DNA of 64,000 bases, from NCBI GenBank assembly GCA_964016885.1, contig OZ024752.1, positions 49,042,001 to 49,106,000 of the forward strand. Direction: 5' to 3'. Positions 29,214-42,920 of the stretch are shown piece after piece (position 1 is the stretch's first letter; the number at the start of each line of letters is the position of its first letter). The notes under the pieces were generated by a model that saw nothing but the letters and a program-made list of their open reading frames with translations, made no database searches and was not told where the DNA came from. The DNA is from Eledone cirrhosa. Its lineage: Eukaryota. A program made the translations under genes and the position numbers.

Positions 29214-29713
29214 AGTACATAGAGTGATACACATATCCAGAATTGTAGTCAAATTAACATGTGTTTATTTATAACTATGTAAAAAAAAAAGAAGCCTAAC
29301 ATTTCATAAATTTAAGCAAATATTCAAAATATGGTTTCTCCTGAAAAAAATACATTTCTTTTTTTGTATGTGTGAGTGTGAGTGGAAATGCATAGATTTT
29401 TTGATTATTGAGGAGTTGAATTAGTCAGTTCTGTATATTTTCTTTTTTCTTCCTATAGAATAAAAATTGGAGCTATCTTTGAAGTTGAAATTCTACATTA
29501 TTTTATTAATGTTGCAGTCATTTTAAAAAAAGAAAAGTCGCTAGTTACTATGATTAACCTGAGTTTAGCTCACAGAAATATGAATAAATAAATGAGGATA
29601 TTTAGTTGAACATTTTTTTTTTACAATACACACATATACACACATATACACACACACACGCACACGTGTGTGTCTGTGTGTGTCTGTGTGAGTGTATATT
29701 GGGTATGTATGTA

Positions 29714-29744
<31 letters not shown>

Positions 29745-29802
29745 GTGTGTGTGTGTATGTGTATATATAGAAAGATAGACATACATATCATATATACCAA
29801 CA

Positions 29803-29843
<41 letters not shown>

Positions 29844-29859
29844 TGGTGGTATATAAATG

Positions 29860-29893
<34 letters not shown>

Positions 29894-29908
29894 GACAGAG
29901 AGAGACAT

Positions 29909-29949
<41 letters not shown>

Positions 29950-29954
29950 GAGAG

Positions 29955-30025
<71 letters not shown>

Positions 30026-30319
30026 CAGGTGCAGACACTCAAATATACAAAAAAATTATATATACATATAATATATTTTATATGTATATATATACACACA
30101 TATATACACATCTATACATATACACACACATATATATATATACACATATACACACACATATATATATATACACATATACACACACATGTATATATATACA
30201 CACACATGTATATATATACACGTATATATAATAGGTGTATATATATATATATATATATACCGACATACAGGTGAATATACATATGTACACATGTACATAT
30301 GTATATTCACCTGTATGTC

Positions 30320-30370
<51 letters not shown>

Positions 30371-30373
30371 GTA

Positions 30374-30684
<311 letters not shown>

Positions 30685-31111
30685 GTATATATATGTGTGT
30701 AGAGAGAGAGATGGAGCAAGAGAAGTTATACAACCAGTCACATACACAGAAATAGGTGTGTGTGGGGGGGGGGGGGGGAAACGTTTATCTCCAGATGTGT
30801 ATATAAATATAAAAGATGTGAATGTATTTATTTAGAGAGAACAAAGTGAGCCTCCATAGCTGTCATGCTATATGGCGGAGAGGTGGGGGGGGGGGGGGGG
30901 TAAGGAAGGGAAAACCAAAGCCACTGATCCTTAGTTCAAACCATTGATAATCAATGAAGCATAGAAACACAAAAGAAGAGAGGAATTAGCAATCTGAGCA
31001 AAGGAATATCAGAGGCTGGCAAATTGTGTGGGAGGGAGGGAGGAATGAGGGGGGGGGGGGGGGTTAATGGAGCCTCCTAAAAAAAATATATATATATAAA
31101 CACAAACATAC

Positions 31112-31150
<39 letters not shown>

Positions 31151-31179
31151 TCATCATCATTTTACATATATATATACAC

Positions 31180-31262
<83 letters not shown>

Positions 31263-31287
31263 TCGAGAGAGATCATCATCATTTTAC

Positions 31288-31346
<59 letters not shown>

Positions 31347-31373
31347 TCATCATCATTTTACATATATATATAC

Positions 31374-31468
<95 letters not shown>

Positions 31469-31481
31469 ATCATCATTTTAC

Positions 31482-31532
<51 letters not shown>

Positions 31533-31547
31533 TCATCATCATTTTAC

Positions 31548-31588
<41 letters not shown>

Positions 31589-31616
31589 GAAGATAAAAGG
31601 CATGTTCATGTTGTGC

Positions 31617-31688
<72 letters not shown>

Positions 31689-31960
31689 GGGGGGAGGTGG
31701 TTCAGAACTAGAATGTTCCTCTTGCAAGCAACAGTCGTGGAAGTATCAATGAAATAACTTTGGAACAATTATTACGAGAGGTCATGTAAGGATTTAAACG
31801 AGGCTCTGATGAATCAATGAGGAGGAAACAAACCCCCACCAATAAGGTGTAGAGAATTTTGTTATCACGTTTCGGAAGAGGGTGGGCCCTATGGACTAGC
31901 CTATAGACTAGCCTATAAAATAATAGGGAATTACTTTAGGTAAAAGAATCTCTGAAATAT

Positions 31961-32312
31961 GGAGGCACATAGCTTAGTGGTTAGAGCATTGGCCTTGCAA
32001 TCGAAAGGTTGTGAGTTCAATTCTCAGACCAGGTGAATGTGTTGTTTCCTTGAGCAAGACACTTTATTTCACATTGCTCCAGTTTACTCAGCTGTAGAAA
32101 TGAGATGATAGGGACTGGGGTCCCTATCATTCCACTGCAAAAGTGGTCGCGGAGGTGCCATGGCAAAAAAGCACCCAGCACTCACTGTAAATGAGGTTGG
32201 TGTTAGGAAGGGCATCCAGCTGTAGAAATCAAGCCAGAATCAGTTCCCGTCCCACCCTTGCAAGCAGGGAAAAGCGGACGTAAAATGATCATGATGATGA
32301 TGATGATCATGA
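31961..32312 (+). mobile_element. tRNA-derived CORE-type SINE (family 2) with RTE-derived 3' tail, full length
   Basis: A box TAGCTTAGTGG, B box GAGTTCAATTC, CORE-like TCCTTGAGCAAGACACTT...CTCAGCTGTAGAAATGAG, tail CCCACCCTTGCAAGCAGGGAAAAGCGGACGTAAAATGA(TGA)n. Confidence 0.85.
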
Positions 32313-32332
32313 TTTTGTATCTAGCAATATAG

Positions 32333-32978
32333 TTAACCCTTTAGTATTTACATTACTCTATATATACTATTGTATTTTCACGGTAAAGGTTTTATCTCAG
32401 TTAATTATCTCACATAATATTGAATCTATGAGATTTTGATATTATAGGGCAGTGAATTGGCAGACACCATGCTTTATAACATAGAGTTATGGTCCTTTAT
32501 GATCTGAGTTCGAATCCCGCCAAGGTTAACTTTGCCTTTCATCCTTACGGGGTTCGATAAAATAAAGTACCAGTAATGCACTGGGATAATTGCTGGCCTT
32601 GTGCCAAAAGTAGAAACAATTATTTATTTTGAGAACAATACCTTAATATAAGTATGAGTGGTTAGTTACAGCTGGTTTGAACAGAAAGAGGTGAGAGAAT
32701 TCTGGCCGGATATGGCCAGTTTAACCCTTTAGCATTTACATTACTCTATATATATTATTGTATTTTCACAGTAAGGGCTTTATCTCACATAATAAAGTAC
32801 CAGTAATGCACTGGGTAATTGCTGGCCTTGTGCCTAAAGTAGAAATAATTATTGTATTTTCACAGTAAAGGCTTTATCTCACATAATATGGAATCTATGA
32901 GATTTTGATACTATTTATTTTGAGAACAATACCTTAATGACAGTATGAGTGGCTAGTTATAGCTGGTTTGAACAGAAA
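32333..32978. mobile_element. Two tandem MITE copies with nested SINE pieces
   Basis: TTAACCCTTTAG at 32333 and 32721, MITE body repeated. Confidence 0.7.
32446..32622 (+). mobile_element. SINE family 1 nested in a MITE
   Basis: SINE sequence interrupts the MITE starting at 32333. Confidence 0.8.
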
Positions 32979-33079
32979 AGCAGGAGGCTGAATTAAGAGC
33001 TAAAATTGCAAGAACTAGTACCAGCTTCAACACCCAGTCATCAGAAGAAGGAAAGTAGGTATGTGTAGAAGCCAAACAC

Positions 33080-33915
33080 ACTGTCTTAAATTCAGGGTTC
33101 ATGCTAACCTTTACCTATAGGTCATGAATCTTGGGTAATAACCAAAAGAATATAATTGCAAATACAAGCTGTTGAAAGGAGCTTCTTCTGAAGGGTCTCT
33201 GGAGTAATGTTGCTCAATAGGTTGCATAGCCTTGAGATCAGGGAGTCATTCCAGGTGAAGCTTCTATTTCTCCACATTAAACAATTACAGCTCTGGTACT
33301 ACAAAGCTTCTATTTCTCCTCATTAAACAATCACAGCTCTGGTACTACGAAGCTACTATTTCTCCACATTAAACAATCACAGCTCTGGTACTAAAAAGCT
33401 ATTTCTCCACATTAAACAATCACAGCTCTGGTACTACGAAGCTATTTCTCCACATCAAACAATCACAGCTCTGGTACTACGAAGCTACTATTTCTCCACG
33501 TTAAACAATCGCAGCTCTGGTACTACGAAGCTACTATTTCTCCACATTAAACAATCACAGCTCTGGTACTACAAAGCTACTATTTCTCCACGTTAAACAA
33601 TCGCAGCTCTGGTACTACGAAGCTACTATTTCTCCACATTAAACAATCACAGCTCTGGTACTACAAAGCTACTATTTCTCCATGTTAAACAATCAATCAC
33701 AGCTCTGGTACTATGCATATGTGGCTAAACTGTCTCGGGAAAGGATGCTCAAGTAGCAGGAAACCTTCTGGTCCTACAGCCATGTGGTTAAAATGTCTAA
33801 GTAAAGACGAGCCAAGTGGCAAGAGACCTAGAGGTAAACCACGAGCAAGATGGTTGGATAGCATCACATAGCTCAGCTGGTCTTGCTTTGGGATCCATCT
33901 AGATCATTTCGAAAC
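33080..33915 (+). pseudogene. Decayed RTE (Expander/Rex3-like) LINE fragment with internal minisatellite expansion
   Basis: Reads GHESWVITKRI*LQIQAVERSFF*RVSGV..LNRLHSLEIRESFQVKLLFLHIKQ and, after the array, GKRPRGKPRARWLDSI. Confidence 0.7.
33257..33714 (+). repeat. 46-bp minisatellite, ~10 copies
   Basis: Unit GAAGCTACTATTTCTCCACATTAAACAATCACAGCTCTGGTACTAC. Confidence 0.92.
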
Positions 33916-34724
33916 GAGTATCAGTCTAAAAAAGAAAAGTAGTGGGGATCGATATTGATTAAATCCCTTGAAGTTTGTGCCCCAGCATGGCCACAGATCA
34001 ATGACTGAGACCAGTAAAAGAAAGGACAAAGAGAAAGAAAGAATATATAAAGTATAAACCAAAAAGCAAGTGAAGTTAGTTTCATTTCTAATTCAATAAT
34101 CATGTTTTCTGCAGAATATGAAAGAAAACCTCACAAAGTAAAATCTTGCTGTTGAGTGACATTATTTGATAAACAACTTATGGAAAATGTAGCAAATTAA
34201 TTGTATCTGCTCATGATTAATGGCTAATGACTTATGAATAATTATCTTTTAGCTGGCTTGGCTAGTGCAATTTGAATTCTTACAAACATTCACAGCAACA
34301 AAAGCAACTAATAGATAATAAAATAGAATAATGAAAATTATTTTCAATCAAAATTCTTCACTTTCAGATGGAAATATATCTAATAAGGCTGCAGGTGATT
34401 CCATTATATTTGTATGGTTTTAGTTCCTCTATTTAACATAATGTCAACAAATAGAATTTATTCAATAATCAAAGACTGAAAAACGAAAGTAAGATCTATG
34501 TGAGAATTTACAGTTTAAAATAGACTAAAAAATAAAACAACAAAAAAACACTAAACAAAAAAAAAAGAGAATAAGGCCCAAAAGGAAGTGAAGAAGATAA
34601 AACAGTGACAAAGAAAAATTGTCATGTTTTATATTTTAAAAAAAATGGTTTTCGTAGTGAAATCACAAATGTAAATATGTTTGTAGATTGTGTATCATCC
34701 TTCACCAAACACTGACACCATATA

Positions 34725-34768
<44 letters not shown>

Positions 34769-34826
34769 CATGATTATCATTTAACGCCCATATTCCACGC
34801 TAGCATTGAACACACATTTACACACA

Positions 34827-34901
<75 letters not shown>

Positions 34902-34945
34902 GTGTGATTTATGATATATATGTGTGCCTGTGTTGAAATACAGAA

Positions 34946-35019
<74 letters not shown>

Positions 35020-35085
35020 GTTATTCCGGGTTGAATCGGAGGTAACCACAGTAAGTAAGGTACTCAATACATAGCAGAGTATAAC

Positions 35086-35136
35086 AGATTCCTGATGATT
35101 TCTAATGAATGAAACAGTTCTAGTCCTGTAGAATCT
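35086..35136 (+). ncRNA. Type I hammerhead ribozyme (family B element 35019-35151)
   Basis: AGATTC CTGATGA TTTCTAATGAAT GAAA CAG-TTCTAGTC-CTG TA GAATCT; stem I covaries with the 17797 copy (GGCTTC/GAAGCC vs AGATTC/GAATCT). Confidence 0.85.
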
Positions 35137-35217
35137 CATCTATATTAAAACTATATATATATATATATATATGTAAATATGTGTTCTATATATATATGTT
35201 GAAATATAGAAGTAATG

Positions 35218-35250
<33 letters not shown>

Positions 35251-35369
35251 GTTTATCCCAGGTTCAATCGGGGGAAACCACAGTAAGTAAGGTACTCAAT
35301 ACATAGAGTATAAATATTTAATATAGAAATGGCTTTTACAGGACTAGAACTGTTTCATTCAGGAGAAAT

Positions 35370-35374
<5 letters not shown>
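35251..35374 (-). mobile_element. Family B short element, un-inverted, 5'-truncated inside the HHR core
   Basis: Minus: TGATGA TTTCTCCTGAAT GAAA CAGTTCTAGTCCTG TA AAAGCC...GTATTGAGTACC...GATTGAACCTGGGATAAAC then (AT)n. Confidence 0.8.
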
Positions 35375-35406
<32 letters not shown>

Positions 35407-35421
35407 ATATATATATATATA

Positions 35422-35593
35422 TAACGAAGGAAGTGTGGTAAGGAAGCAGATGGACTATAATGCACCAGAGTACTCAATACTTAGGGTAGTAGACATGATA
35501 ATAGGAAAATGTTTGACCCCGACGGCAGAGCTCAGTCCAGAAATAGCCGTCAAAACGGCTTGAGCTCTGCCGTCGGGGTCAAACATTTTCCTA
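35422..35593 (-). mobile_element. Family A short element with inverted duplication
   Basis: GGAAAATGTTTGACCCCGACGGCAGAGCTC ... GAGCTCTGCCGTCGGGGTCAAACATTTTCC. Confidence 0.78.
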
Positions 35594-35611
35594 TATAAAT
35601 ATATATATATA

Positions 35612-35947
35612 TAATAAAGAAGAAATTAAAAGATGGTTAAAAGAGTTCCATATATTTTATTATGCACATATCCAATACAAAATAATCCTGGGACAAAAAT
35701 TACACTTTCCTGTAAACAAGTGCTATTATGCCTCATATCATGTTGCCTTATTTTATCTGATGAGAACACAGTTTTTGTCCCAGGATGATTTTGTATTCAA
35801 AATGCGCATAATAAAATATATGGAACTCTTTTAACCATCTTTTAATTTCTTCTTTATCATATATACTCCAGTTATACCAACTGTTGAGTGCTACTTATCT
35901 GATATATGCATAGTTTTATTGTTCTACAATATTACTCACCTTCTACA
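35612..35947 (+). mobile_element. Family D short element with inverted duplication; HHR at 35749-35818 (GAAA mutated to AAAA)
   Basis: TATTTTAT CTGATGA GAACACA...TGTATTC AAAA TGCGCA TA ATAAAATA; GTTGAGTGCT at ~35883-35892; ~35613-35699 is an inverted copy of ~35772-35857. Confidence 0.75.
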
Positions 35948-36233
35948 TATCATCATCATCATCATCATCATTTCATTTTACGTCCGCTTTTCCCTGCTTG
36001 CAAGGGTGGGACGGGAACTGATTCTGGCTTGATTTCTACAGCTGGATGCCCTTCCTAACACCAACCTCATTTACAGTGAGTGCTGGGTGCTTTTTTGCCG
36101 TGGCACCTCCACGACCACTTTGCAGTGGAATGATAGGGACCCCAGTCCCTATCATCTCATTTCTACAGCTGAGTAAACTGGAGCAATGTGAAATAAAGTG
36201 TCTTGCTCAAGGAAACAACACATCACCCGGTCT
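35948..36233 (-). mobile_element. SINE family 2, 5'-truncated
   Basis: Reverse complement of ~32025-32300. Confidence 0.8.
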
Positions 36234-36334
36234 GATATATATATATATATATATATATAAGTAAATGCACAGCCATTAATTTTCATAAGGAAAGTATATA
36301 CTTTCGAACGTTCAACTGTCTGGCAGAAGGGTAT

Positions 36335-36377
36335 ACAGTGCTGATGATAGCTAACAAGCTTGAAACTAGTACATCGT
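36335..36377 (+). ncRNA. Minimal hammerhead ribozyme with palindromic CTAG tetraloop in stem III
   Basis: ACAGTG CTGATGA TAGCT-AACA-AGCTT GAAA CTAG TA CATCGT, inside a unique ~240-bp island between (TA)n tracts. Confidence 0.72.
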
Positions 36378-36526
36378 TCCTGTGTCAGTGTTGAACAAAA
36401 AGGTGACGTGGTTGCCTTAACACCGTACGGCATAAATCAGGCTGTTCGCTTGTTTACAAACGAACAAAGCGGGCGTTATAATAAACGTTCGCTAAACTGA
36501 TACGTACATATATGTATGTGTACCTG

Positions 36527-36574
<48 letters not shown>

Positions 36575-38921
36575 TGCTACTGTACGTCTGTATACATATA
36601 TGTTATATGTATGTACGTATACATACATACTTACATTTAAGTAAGTGCCGTACTAAGAGTGAGAAATGAAATTTCGTTTCATTATATTACAACCTATATA
36701 TATATATATATATATAAAGGTGTGTGTATATACAGAGCCATATGTATACCTCCTCAGTTATATATATATGTAAATGTGTGATTTATATATCTGTCTGTTG
36801 AAATTGAGAACCAAATATAAACATCCCACAAACAGAATACATACCTCCCTGAAAGTATGTATTGAGTACTTAGCACTTTCACATGTACAACAATAATTGA
36901 AAAAACATCTATTGCATGTATATGTATATGATTCTGCATGCATGCCTACAAACACATGCACACACACATACACATGCGCTTATAAGCAGACATAACCACA
37001 CACACACACATATATATATACATATACATATATATATATATATATATATACACATACATATACATACATGCATATATATGCATACACATACATATGCATA
37101 CATATACATGCATGCATATATATGCATACACATACATATGCATACATATATATGCATACATATACATACATGCATATATATGCATACACATACATATGCA
37201 TACATATACATACATGCATATATATGCATACACATACATATGCATACATATATATGCATACATATACATACATGCATATATATGCATACACATACATACA
37301 TGCATATATATATGCATACATATACATATGTATAAATACATATGAGTGTGAGTGCGCATATAGATAAGCATGTATATATGTGTTTGTGAGTATATATATT
37401 TATATATACATGTATGTATATGTACATACATATATATGAAGACATACACACACATACATACATATATTTATATATATATACATGCACATACATACATATA
37501 CATAAATATATATGCACATACATACATACACATATATATATATACGCATATACATACATGTATGTATATGTACATACATATATATATATGAAGACACACA
37601 CACATACATACATATATTTATATATATATACATACACACATACATACATATATTTATATATATATATACATACGCACATACATACATATACATATATATA
37701 TACACACATACATACATACATATATATACGCACATACATACATACATTTACACACATAAGATGAAATACACACATACATACATATATTTATATATATATA
37801 CATACACACATACATACATATACATATATATATATACACACATACATACATATACATATATATATACGCACATACATACATACATATATATATACCCACA
37901 TACATACATACATTTACACACATAAGATGAAATACATACATACATACATATATTTATATATATATACATACGCACATACATATACATATATATATATATA
38001 CACACATACATACATACATATATATATACGCACATACATACATTTACACACATAAGATGAAATACGCACATACATATATTTATATATATATACATACACA
38101 CATACATACATATACATATATATACACACATACATACATATACATATACACACACACATACATACATACATACATATATATATATGCACATACATACATA
38201 CATTTACACACATACATACATATATTTATATATATATATATATACATACGCACATACATACATATACATATATATATATACACACATACATATACATATA
38301 TATATACACACATACATACATACATATACATATATATATACGCACATACATACACATATATATATACACACATACATACATATACATATATATACGCACA
38401 TACGTACATACATTTAAACACATAAGATGAAGAAAAATAACAAGAATGTCCATTTCTAATCAAAGAATTCTTCTCAGAAAGAAACAGGTTTTGTACATCT
38501 GAAAATGAAGTTGAAACATTTTGACTGCTTCATATTACATCAGTACCTTGATGATGTACTCTGTACTAAATATTAGACTACTGGCAAAACAACCAGAAAA
38601 CACCTTTAATATATATTCAGCTTTATCATGTCATGTTTAACATGCGTTATTTTTAATTCCTCTATGTATATATGTATTTAAATGTGTGTGTATGTATGTG
38701 TATGTATGTGTATGTATGTGTATGTGCATATGTTATGTATGTTATATATGTATCAATATGTATGTATGTATGTGTATGTATGTGTATGTATGTGTATGTA
38801 TGTGTATGCATAAGTATGAGAGACAGAGAGTGAAAGAGAGAGAGAGAGAGATATGTCTATGTATGTATGCTAGCAGGGAAAGTAGATGTTAAATGATGAT
38901 GCATTGTATATACATATATGC

Positions 38922-38955
<34 letters not shown>

Positions 38956-39175
38956 GCATATATATACATACATACATACACATACATACACATATATATA
39001 TATATATACCATACACATATATATATACACACATGCATTTACATACATACACACACATACATATATACACATACATACATATATACACATACATATACAT
39101 ACATATATATACATACACATATGTATATATATATATACACACATATATATACATATATATATATATACACACATA

Positions 39176-39213
<38 letters not shown>

Positions 39214-39442
39214 CATACACATATATATATACTTACACATATATATATATATATATACATACACACATAAATACATACATACACATACATACACACATAT
39301 ATATATATATATACTTGCACATATATATATACACACACACACATACATACACATATATATACATACACACATATATATATATACACATATATACATACAT
39401 ACATACATATATACACATACATACACACATATATTTATACAT

Positions 39443-39485
<43 letters not shown>

Positions 39486-40382
39486 TATATATATACACAC
39501 ATATACACATATATATACTGAAACAACCCCATACGACAACTTTAATATAGATCCAACCTTATGTTTTGTACAAATCAGATGCTGCTGTTATTTTCAGTTT
39601 CCTATAAGATGTCTTCATCATAAACTTTGTTGATTTTTTAGGGGTTTTTTTCCCCACCAAATTATGCCACCTTGCTCCCTAAAGGTTAAACAACTATTCA
39701 ACATATTTTACATAAGATATATTGGTTACTAATTTTGTTTGTTTTGTCGGGGTTTTTTTTGTTGTTGTTATCTTACTAGTTGCTTTTTTCTTATCTATTT
39801 ACTTTTTCTTTTAAATATCCTCAATTTTCTTCACACAACATTGTCAATGTTCAACAAATCTTCCTTCTACTCGAACAACATACCCTCATGGAGAAATGGA
39901 ATCACGCTGATATCATTTCTCCATTTTGCTGTGTTACTTTAATGATTAATTTTTTTTTCCCTCCTATTTAAAACAGAAACAAACAAACAAAAAAAAAGGA
40001 AAGGAAAAAAGAATATATATATATAGATATATATATATATATATAAAAAAAAATTTCATGTTCAAATTTATCACATTTTACTACAAGTACATGCAGTTTT
40101 CAGGTTTCTATTTACACAGTCTGACTGACTAAATTTCTTTATTTTGTCGTTTTGTCATACAGAAAAAAAAAGATTTTTTTCTTTTTACATTGCATTAAAT
40201 TACAATTTCAAAAGTATACAAAATTTTAAACTTCCTCTTCTATGCCAACGAGTGCAGTGAATAATTTTTTCTGTTCAGACAGCTGTCACAATACAAACAA
40301 AAGAAAAGGTAATTCTGGTCTGAGCTGAGCTGAGCTAAAATTCAGAAATTGTATTTGACAAAATGTCACTCACAAACACTCT

Positions 40383-42105
40383 TCTGTTTCTGATCCACAG
40401 ATGTGATAACTCATCCCTCTGTTTCTGATCCACAGATGTGATAACTCATCCCTCTGTTTCTGATCCACAGATGTGATAACTCATCCCTCTATTTCAGATC
40501 CACAGATGTGCTAACTCATCCCTCTGCTTCTGATCCACAGATGTGCTAACTCATCCCTCTGTTTCTGATCCACAGATGTGATAACTCATCCCTCTATTTC
40601 AGATCCACAGATGTGCTAACTCATCCCTCTGCTTCTGATCCACAGATGTGCTAACTCATCCCTCTGTTTCTGATCCACAGATGTGATAACTCATCCCTCT
40701 ATTTCAGATCCACAGATGTGCTAACTCATCCCTCTGATTCTGATCCACAGATGTGATAACTCATCCCTCTATTTCAGATCCACAGATGTGCTAACTCATC
40801 CCTCTGATTCTGATCCACAGATGTGATAACTCATCCCTCTATTTCAGATCCACAGATGTGATAACTCATCCCTCTGTTTCTGATCCACAGATGTGATAAC
40901 TCATCCCTCTATTTCAGACCCACAGATGTGCTAACTCATCCCTCTATTTCAGATCCACAGATGTGATAACTCATCCCTCTATTTCAGATCCACAGATGTG
41001 ATAACTCATCCCTCTATTTCAGATCCACAGATGTGATAACTCATCCCTCTATTTCAGATCCACAGATGTGCTAACTAATCCCTCTATTTCAAATCCACAG
41101 ATGTGATAACTCATCCCTCTATTTCACATCCACAGATGTGCTAACTCATCCCTCTGATTCTGATCCACAGATGTGATAACTCATCCCTCTATTTCAGATC
41201 CACAGATGTGCTAACTCATCCCTCTATTTCAGATCCACAGATGTGCTAACTCATCCCTCTGTTTCTGATCCACAGATGTGATAACTCATCCCTCTATTTC
41301 AGATCCACAGATGTGATAACTCATCCCTCTATTTCAGACCCACAGATGTGCTAACTCATCCCTCTATTTCAGATCCACAGATGTGATAACTCATCCCTCT
41401 ATTTCAGATCCACAGATGTGCTAACTCATCCCTCTGATTCTGATCCACAGATGTGATAACTCATCCCTCTATTTCAGATCCACAGATGTGCTAACTCATC
41501 CCTCTGATTCTGATCCACAGATGTGATAACTCATCCCTCTATTTCAGATCCACAGATGTGATAACTCATCCCTCTATTTCAGATCCACAGATGTGCTAAC
41601 TCATCCCTCTGTTTCTGATCCACAGATGTGATAACTCATCCCTCTATTTCAGATCCACAGATGTGATAACTCATCCCTCTATTTCAGACCCACAGATGTG
41701 CTAACTCATCCCTCTATTTCAGATCCACAGATGTGATAACTCATCCCTCTATTTCAGATCCACAGATGTGCTAACTCATCCCTCTGATTCTGATCCACAG
41801 ATGTGATAACTCATCCCTCTATTTCAGATCCACAGATGTGCTAACTCATCCCTCTGATTCTGATCCACAGATGTGATAACTCATCCCTCTATTTCAGATC
41901 CACAGATGTGATAACTCATCCCTCTATTTCAGATCCAGAGATGTGCTAACTCATCCCTCTGTTTCTGATCCACAGATGTGATAACTCATCCCTTTATTTC
42001 AGACCCACAGATGTGATAACTCATCCCTCTGTTTCTGATCCACAGATGTGATAACTCATCCCTCTGATTCTGATCCACAGATGTGCTAACTCATCCCTCT
42101 GATTC
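40383..42105. repeat. 35-bp minisatellite, ~49 copies
   Basis: Unit TGATCCACAGATGTGATAACTCATCCCTCTGTTTC with a few interspersed variants. Confidence 0.95.
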
Positions 42106-42199
42106 CAGTTTATAAAATATCCAATAGGAAACATCAAAATTATGGATTTGAATGTTATCAAGAACCTCATACAATAGGTTACTGCCATCACTTGCAATT

Positions 42200-42659
42200 G
42201 AGAAGGATTTGGTCATGTGTTTTGCTGCGTGGTAGTAAGACATGGGCATCAACTACAGAGGATATGCGACGGCTGGAGAGAAATGAAGCAAGCATACTCT
42301 GTTGGATGTGTAATGTCAATGTGTGTGAACGACCAAGCATGGATGAGTTGAGAGAGAAACTGCGTATAAGAGGGATAAGTTGTGGTGTGCAGGAGAGAAG
42401 ACTGAGATGGTATGGACATGTGATGTGCATGGAGGATGACCGCTGGGTAAAGAAGTGCCAAGAAATGCCAGTTGAAGGAAGACGCAGTAGAGGAAGACCA
42501 CGAAAAACATGGGCGGAGGTGGTGAGAGCTGACCTCAGATTGCTGAAGCTCATGGAGGAGATGATGAAGGACTGTGACAAGTGGAGAGATGCTGTGCTGA
42601 ATAGGATTTGTCCCACCCTTGCAAGCAGGGAAAAGCGGATGTAAAATGATGATGATGAT
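42200..42659 (+). mobile_element. RTE-clade LINE, 3' fragment
   Basis: Translates to GSKTWAST...RLRWYGHVMCM...VEGRRSRGRPRKTWAEVV...WRDAV, the C-terminus of RTE ORFs; (TGA)n tail. Confidence 0.88.
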
Positions 42660-42698
42660 TTAGTCACAAGTAGAGAAAATACAAGCACACTCTTAACT

Positions 42699-42920
42699 TT
42701 AACCCTTTAGCATTTAAACCGGCTATATCCAGCCAAAATTCTCTCACCTCTTTCTGTTCAAACTGGCTCTAAATGGCTGCTTATACCTACATTAAGGTAT
42801 TGTTCTCAAAATAAATGACATCAAAATCTCATAGATTCGATATTATGTGAGATAATTATGTAAGATTTACTGTGAAAATACTATAGTAAGTATAGAATAA
42901 TGTAAATGCTAAAGAATTAA
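42699..42920. mobile_element. piggyBac-like MITE, same family
   Basis: TTAACCCTTTAGCATTTAAACCGG ... TAAATGCTAAAGAATTAA. Confidence 0.75.

Noticed and set aside
31805-31835. CTGATGA...GAAA as a hammerhead (also CTGAGGA at ~12638)
   Set aside because: No convincing stem II, stem III or stem I pairing.
31961-32035. tRNA gene
   Set aside because: tRNA-like head continues directly into a SINE body and tail; no proper acceptor stem or terminator.
40383-42105. CRISPR-like array, or a tandem hammerhead array (minus strand has GGATGA...GAAA around a hairpin)
   Set aside because: No unique spacers; lacks CUGA core, stem I and cleavage triplet. It is an ordinary minisatellite.
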